A stretch of DNA of 32,000 bases from Methanothermobacter marburgensis str. Marburg (GTDB lineage: Archaea; Methanobacteriota; Methanobacteria; Methanobacteriales; Methanothermobacteraceae). The stretch covers positions 1,140,001 to 1,172,000 of the forward strand of contig NC_014408.1 in NCBI RefSeq assembly GCF_000145295.1, written 5' to 3'. Below are positions 28,627 to 32,000 of the stretch, in pieces. A program made the translations under genes and the position numbers. Numbering within the stretch: the first letter of the stretch is position 1; the number at the start of each line of letters is the position of its first letter. The notes under the pieces are model-generated. The model did no database searches. It had not been told where the DNA came from and saw nothing but the letters and a program-made list of their open reading frames with translations.

Positions 28627-29472
28627 ATGGAAGAATCAGACATCTACTACTGGAAGAGCATCGCAGTTAAAATGGCCGAGCAGGTTGAAAAGGCTGTTGC
28701 TCCCCTTGTAGGAACTCCAGATGCCGGGGAGATAATCAAAATGGGAGCCGACGGAACACCCACAAAACTCATAGACCTCGTTGCAGAGGATGAGGCCATA
28801 GGTGTGCTTGAGAACACAGATAGGCCCGTCACGATAATAAGTGAGGAGATAGGTATTCTCCACATAAACCAGGAGCCCCCGGATGAACCCAGAATAATCT
28901 TCGTTGTGGACCCCCTCGATGGTACAAGCAATGCAATAAGAAACATACCATTCTACGGTATCTCAGTGGCTGTTGCGGAATATATCCCTGGAGGCGACCT
29001 CCCCTCCCTCAACAATGTCGTCATGGGTTTCGTGAAGAACTTTGCAACGGGAGACCTTTACTGGGCAATAAGAGATCAGGGAGCCTTTCTGAATGATAAA
29101 AAAATCTGCGCATCAAGCCAGAACTCCCTGGATAGGACCTCCCTCGGTGCATTCATCTACGGCACGAGATTCCGGAGGGTTGATAGCATCTGCAGGGTGA
29201 TCCGCCGGATGCGCATTCTGGGCTCCGTGGCCCTTGAACTCGCATACGTTGCAAGCGGCTCATATGACGCCTTCATGGACCTGAGGGAGAATCTGCGAAT
29301 AGTCGACATAGCCGCATCCAAGCTAATCGTGGAGGAGGCAGGTGGAGTGGTGACAAATGAGCGGGGCGAATCAATAGACGGCCTGCTAAATGTCAAGGCG
29401 AGGACCTCACTTATCGCGGCGGGAAACATGGAACTCCACAAAAAGATAATGCAGACCCTGGAGGCCATATGA
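28627..29472 (+). CDS. suhB: Inositol monophosphatase/fructose-1,6-bisphosphatase family phosphatase (candidate NADP phosphatase)
   Basis: VVDPLDGTSNA carries the DPxDGT metal motif. The downstream WAIRDQGAF and GSVALELAYVASG match the IMPase fold. Confidence 0.85.
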   Translation: MEESDIYYWKSIAVKMAEQVEKAVAPLVGTPDAGEIIKMGADGTPTKLIDLVAEDEAIGVLENTDRPVTIISEEIGILHINQEPPDEPRIIFVVDPLDGTSNAIRNIPFYGISVAVAEYIPGGDLPSLNNVVMGFVKNFATGDLYWAIRDQGAFLNDKKICASSQNSLDRTSLGAFIYGTRFRRVDSICRVIRRMRILGSVALELAYVASGSYDAFMDLRENLRIVDIAASKLIVEEAGGVVTNERGESIDGLLNVKARTSLIAAGNMELHKKIMQTLEAI

Positions 29473-30320
29473 TGCGTATAGGTATAATAGCCCGCTTTGA
29501 TGTGCCCGAAGCCGTTGAACTTGCAGGTAAGGTGGCCTCATTCCTTCTGAACAGGGGTGTTGAACTGAGTGTTGACCTGAAGGTCGCAGAGAAGCTACCG
29601 GAACTCCTTGAATACGGAAAGGACATCAGGGACATGGATGTCGACATGATACTGACCATTGGGGGGGATGGGACAATACTCCGGACCCAGAGCCTCATAG
29701 AGGGTAAGGAGATACCCATACTTGGAATAAACATGGGCACTGTCGGTTTCCTCACAGAGGTCGACCCTGAGAACGTCTTCTCGGCCCTGGAGGATGTTCT
29801 TATTGGCAACTATGCTGTTGAGAGGAGAACACTCCTCAGCGTATACCATAACGGTGAACTTCCATCAGCCCTCAATGAGGTTGTTATGATGACCAGGAAG
29901 CCCGCCAAGATGCTCCATATAGAGATATCCGTTGACGATGAGGTGGTCGAGGAGCTCAGGGCGGATGGTATAATCATAGCAACACCCAGCGGTTCAACAG
30001 CGTATTCCATGTCTGCGGGGGGTCCAATAGTGGATCCCCGTGTGGAGGCCTTTCTTATAGTCCCCATCTGCCCCTTCAAGCTTAGCGCCAGACCACTGGT
30101 TGTCTCCAATAAAAGTGTCATCAGGGTCAAGCTCTTGAGGAAGGGTAAGAAGGCCATCGCGGTGATTGATGGGCAGTACGAGGAGGAGATCAACCACATG
30201 GAAGAGGTTGTATTCAAAAAGTCAGATCACTGCGCCCACTTTGTAAGGCTCAGTAAGGACTTCTACAGGAAGGTGCGTGAGAAGCTCATAGAGGGGGGTA
30301 TAGACTCAATAAAGAGTTAA
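29469..30320 (+). CDS. ppnK: NAD kinase
   Basis: Family motifs GGDGTILR, NMGTVGFLTE and ATPSGSTAYSMSAGGPIV. The ATG overlaps the phosphatase stop (ATGA at 29469-29472). Confidence 0.9.
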   Translation: MMRIGIIARFDVPEAVELAGKVASFLLNRGVELSVDLKVAEKLPELLEYGKDIRDMDVDMILTIGGDGTILRTQSLIEGKEIPILGINMGTVGFLTEVDPENVFSALEDVLIGNYAVERRTLLSVYHNGELPSALNEVVMMTRKPAKMLHIEISVDDEVVEELRADGIIIATPSGSTAYSMSAGGPIVDPRVEAFLIVPICPFKLSARPLVVSNKSVIRVKLLRKGKKAIAVIDGQYEEEINHMEEVVFKKSDHCAHFVRLSKDFYRKVREKLIEGGIDSIKS

Positions 30321-30389
30321 AGCTGATTCTAAGGGCCTTGTGGTCTCAATGGTTAACCAAAGCCATTTAACTGGACTAATGTTATACAG

Positions 30390-30443
30390 ATGCCCAAAGA
30401 CCTCAAAACCATCTCAAAACCCCCAAAAAGGTTATACAGATGA
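30390..30443 (+). CDS. Putative uORF1, 17 codons (MPKDLKTISKPPKRLYR)
   Basis: ATG at 30390 and TGA at 30441-30443, which overlaps the next ATG (ATGA). There is no evident SD. Its coding status is untested. Confidence 0.25.
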   Translation: MPKDLKTISKPPKRLYR

Positions 30444-30493
30444 CCAATATCTCTAATAGTATTCCAAAACCCCCTAAAAGGTTATACAGATGA
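30440..30493 (+). CDS. Putative uORF2, 17 codons (MTNISNSIPKPPKRLYR)
   Basis: ATG at 30440 and TGA at 30491-30493, which overlaps the main-ORF ATG (ATGA). It is preceded by the same AAGGT-N7-ATG arrangement as the main ORF. Confidence 0.3.
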   Translation: MTNISNSIPKPPKRLYR

Positions 30494-31812
30494 CCAAAGA
30501 TCTGAAAAATGTTTCAAAACCCCTTGTTGTTGACCTCACACATGGTGGAGTTACCATTGCCCGTGAACTGAAAAAAATAGCGGACCATGTCCTGGCATGG
30601 GACATATACGGGACACTGAAGGGCTCTGACCATGAAATGCTCCTTGAAATGGGCATCGATGAGGTCGATGGTCCCGTTACTGGATCCACTGTAATAGCAC
30701 CTGTTCACTGCCCGGTTAAAGCAGATATAACCCACCATGAGATAACAGGCCTTCTGCTGGGCCCCTGGAAGGAAGCACGTGGGATACCTGTGGTTGAGGT
30801 TACAGGCGTAAAGGGTAAGACCAGCGCGGTATGGATACTCAGAAAGATCATGGAGAACCTGAATCCTCTCATCCTGAGCAGCCTGGGGTCCTATGCGGGT
30901 TCTGAACTCCTGAGGAGGGATATAAGCATAACCCCCGCCAGTATGATTGAGACCGTGAAGCTTGCAGGTCCCCGTGATTATGGTTCAGCCATCTTTGAGG
31001 TCTCCCTTGGTGGCACGGGCCTTGCAGATGTGGGTGTGCTGACAAATATAGCCGAGGACTACACCATAAGAAGGGGCACATCAAGGGCCAGTTCCGCCAA
31101 GAGGCAGATATTCAAAAGCAGAATGGTCTGCTGCGACCTTCAGGCATTCAACAGGTACTACCGGAATTTTGGGGATAAAACAAACACATTCTCGGTTGAT
31201 GCTGGTGCCAGTGTCCATGCCACCGATATCAGGTACGGCCTTGATTCCACGGTGGCCAGTGTCAGTGTGGAGGACCTTAAGACCATTGATGGTGACCGGA
31301 TCAACACAGAGTTTGGAATTGAAACATTTGCACCGGCAGAGCACCATCTATCAAACGTCCTTGCCGCGGTCAGCGCCGCTCTCACACTTAACCTGGATGT
31401 GAGGGACATCCGGAGGAGGGTTAAGGGCTTCCAGGGGATACCTGGCCGCACATCAATCAGAAAACTGGATGGCTCAAGCATAATAGAGGAGGTGAACCCT
31501 GGTCTGAATGTGAAGGCCGTCGAGTACACACTGAAAATGGCAGAGGACCTCCCTGATCCTGCCGTGATCATAGGTGGAAGGTACGGGGTTACCTGTGAGG
31601 ATATAGATGAGGACAGACTCTCTGGAGTTCTCAGAGAATTCAGTGACCTCAACATCATGTTCACCGATGAACTGGGGTACAGTATAATGAGAAAAACCCG
31701 TAAAAACAGCCCCTACTTTAAGTCCCCTGATGATGCACTGAAGGCTGCCCTTGAACATGAAACCGTGATCCTGATTTACAGGTCAGAGTACCGTGACCTC
31801 TCAAGAAGATGA
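30490..31812 (+). CDS. cfbE: Mur-ligase-family protein, most likely coenzyme F430 synthetase CfbE-like (alternatively a pseudomurein peptide ligase)
   Basis: VEVTGVKGKTSAVWIL is a Mur-ligase P-loop variant. An N-terminal Rossmann-like domain and a C-terminal domain are present, total 440 aa. The gene sits immediately upstream of hemC. The CfbE assignment is from memory of the family, not from a search. Confidence 0.5.
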   Translation: MTKDLKNVSKPLVVDLTHGGVTIARELKKIADHVLAWDIYGTLKGSDHEMLLEMGIDEVDGPVTGSTVIAPVHCPVKADITHHEITGLLLGPWKEARGIPVVEVTGVKGKTSAVWILRKIMENLNPLILSSLGSYAGSELLRRDISITPASMIETVKLAGPRDYGSAIFEVSLGGTGLADVGVLTNIAEDYTIRRGTSRASSAKRQIFKSRMVCCDLQAFNRYYRNFGDKTNTFSVDAGASVHATDIRYGLDSTVASVSVEDLKTIDGDRINTEFGIETFAPAEHHLSNVLAAVSAALTLNLDVRDIRRRVKGFQGIPGRTSIRKLDGSSIIEEVNPGLNVKAVEYTLKMAEDLPDPAVIIGGRYGVTCEDIDEDRLSGVLREFSDLNIMFTDELGYSIMRKTRKNSPYFKSPDDALKAALEHETVILIYRSEYRDLSRR

Positions 31813-31846
31813 TGAGTAACGCAGGCGTATGTAGTCAGAAATTGGG

Positions 31847-31853
31847 TTTTTTT
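31847..31853 (+). terminator. T7 run downstream of the Mur-ligase-like gene
   Basis: ATTGGGTTTTTTTAATAAC lies about 35 nt after the TGA at 31810-31812. Confidence 0.45.
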
Positions 31854-31870
31854 AATAACCGTGACTTTTT

Positions 31871-31884
31871 AAAAACTTATAAAT
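31871..31884 (+). promoter_or_regulatory. BRE/TATA element AAAAACTTATAAAT for hemC
   Basis: Located 49 nt upstream of the TTG at 31934. It is the same 14-mer as at 6946-6959 (minus strand). Confidence 0.45.
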
Positions 31885-31933
31885 AGGATGCCATAAATTT
31901 TTCAAGTGATTAACGTTTACTGGAGATGATTCA

Positions 31934-32000
31934 TTGATAGCTGGAACAAGGGGGAGTCGCCTGGCACTGGTGCAGACCGACCACGTCATTGATATGCTCA
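31934..32000 (+). CDS. hemC: Porphobilinogen deaminase (hydroxymethylbilane synthase). First 22 codons only; the gene runs off the right edge.
   Basis: My translation from the TTG at 31934 gives (M)IAGTRGSRLALVQTDHVIDML, which contains the HemC N-terminal GTRGSxLAL motif. GGAGATGA lies 4 nt upstream. Confidence 0.7.
   Translation, partial: MIAGTRGSRLALVQTDHVIDML

Larger units (their letters stand above)
30381..30530 (+). repeat. Three tandem copies of a 50-bp unit, each starting GTTATACAGATG (30381, 30431, 30481). The third copy is the native 5' end of the downstream gene.
   Basis: Read directly. GTTATACAGATG is identical in all three copies. CAAAACCCC recurs at 30414, 30464 and 30514. The 3' halves of copies 1 and 2 are nearly identical, and the 5' half of copy 1 resembles copy 3. 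Confidence 0.85.

Overview
The window looks like a core chromosomal segment of a thermophilic, pseudomurein-containing methanogen (Methanobacteriales, probably Methanothermobacter). The evidence for this is the gene content (archaeal RibL, PdaD, aIF5A, the DUF39-CBS/NIL-ferredoxin homocysteine pair, a pseudomurein-binding repeat protein, a CfbE-like Mur ligase), GGAGGTGA-type Shine-Dalgarno sites and A/T-rich BRE/TATA promoters. All protein calls come from reading the supplied translations for family motifs; no database search was possible. About 35 genes are densely packed, and many are joined by 4-nt ATGA overlaps. I saw no rRNA, tRNA, CRISPR array, transposase or integrase. The most unusual structure is at 30381-30530. 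The translation-initiation region of a Mur-ligase-like (CfbE-like) gene is tandemly triplicated with a 50-bp period. This creates two 17-codon uORFs (shared C-terminus KPPKRLYR) chained to the main ORF by identical ATGA stop/start overlaps. Other points worth a second look: (1) a GMC-type FAD oxidoreductase attached to the homocysteine (aspartate-semialdehyde sulfurtransferase) gene pair; (2) an M14-like peptidase ORF interrupted by one in-frame TGA, convergent with a pseudomurein-binding protein; (3) two genes whose conserved N-termini lie upstream of any ATG/GTG/TTG but sit 7 nt after strong SD sites at CTG and ATT codons; (4) an aIF5A/agmatinase/arginine decarboxylase cluster around a shared TATA element; (5) TldD-AMMECR1 translational coupling; (6) small in-frame duplications at gene termini.
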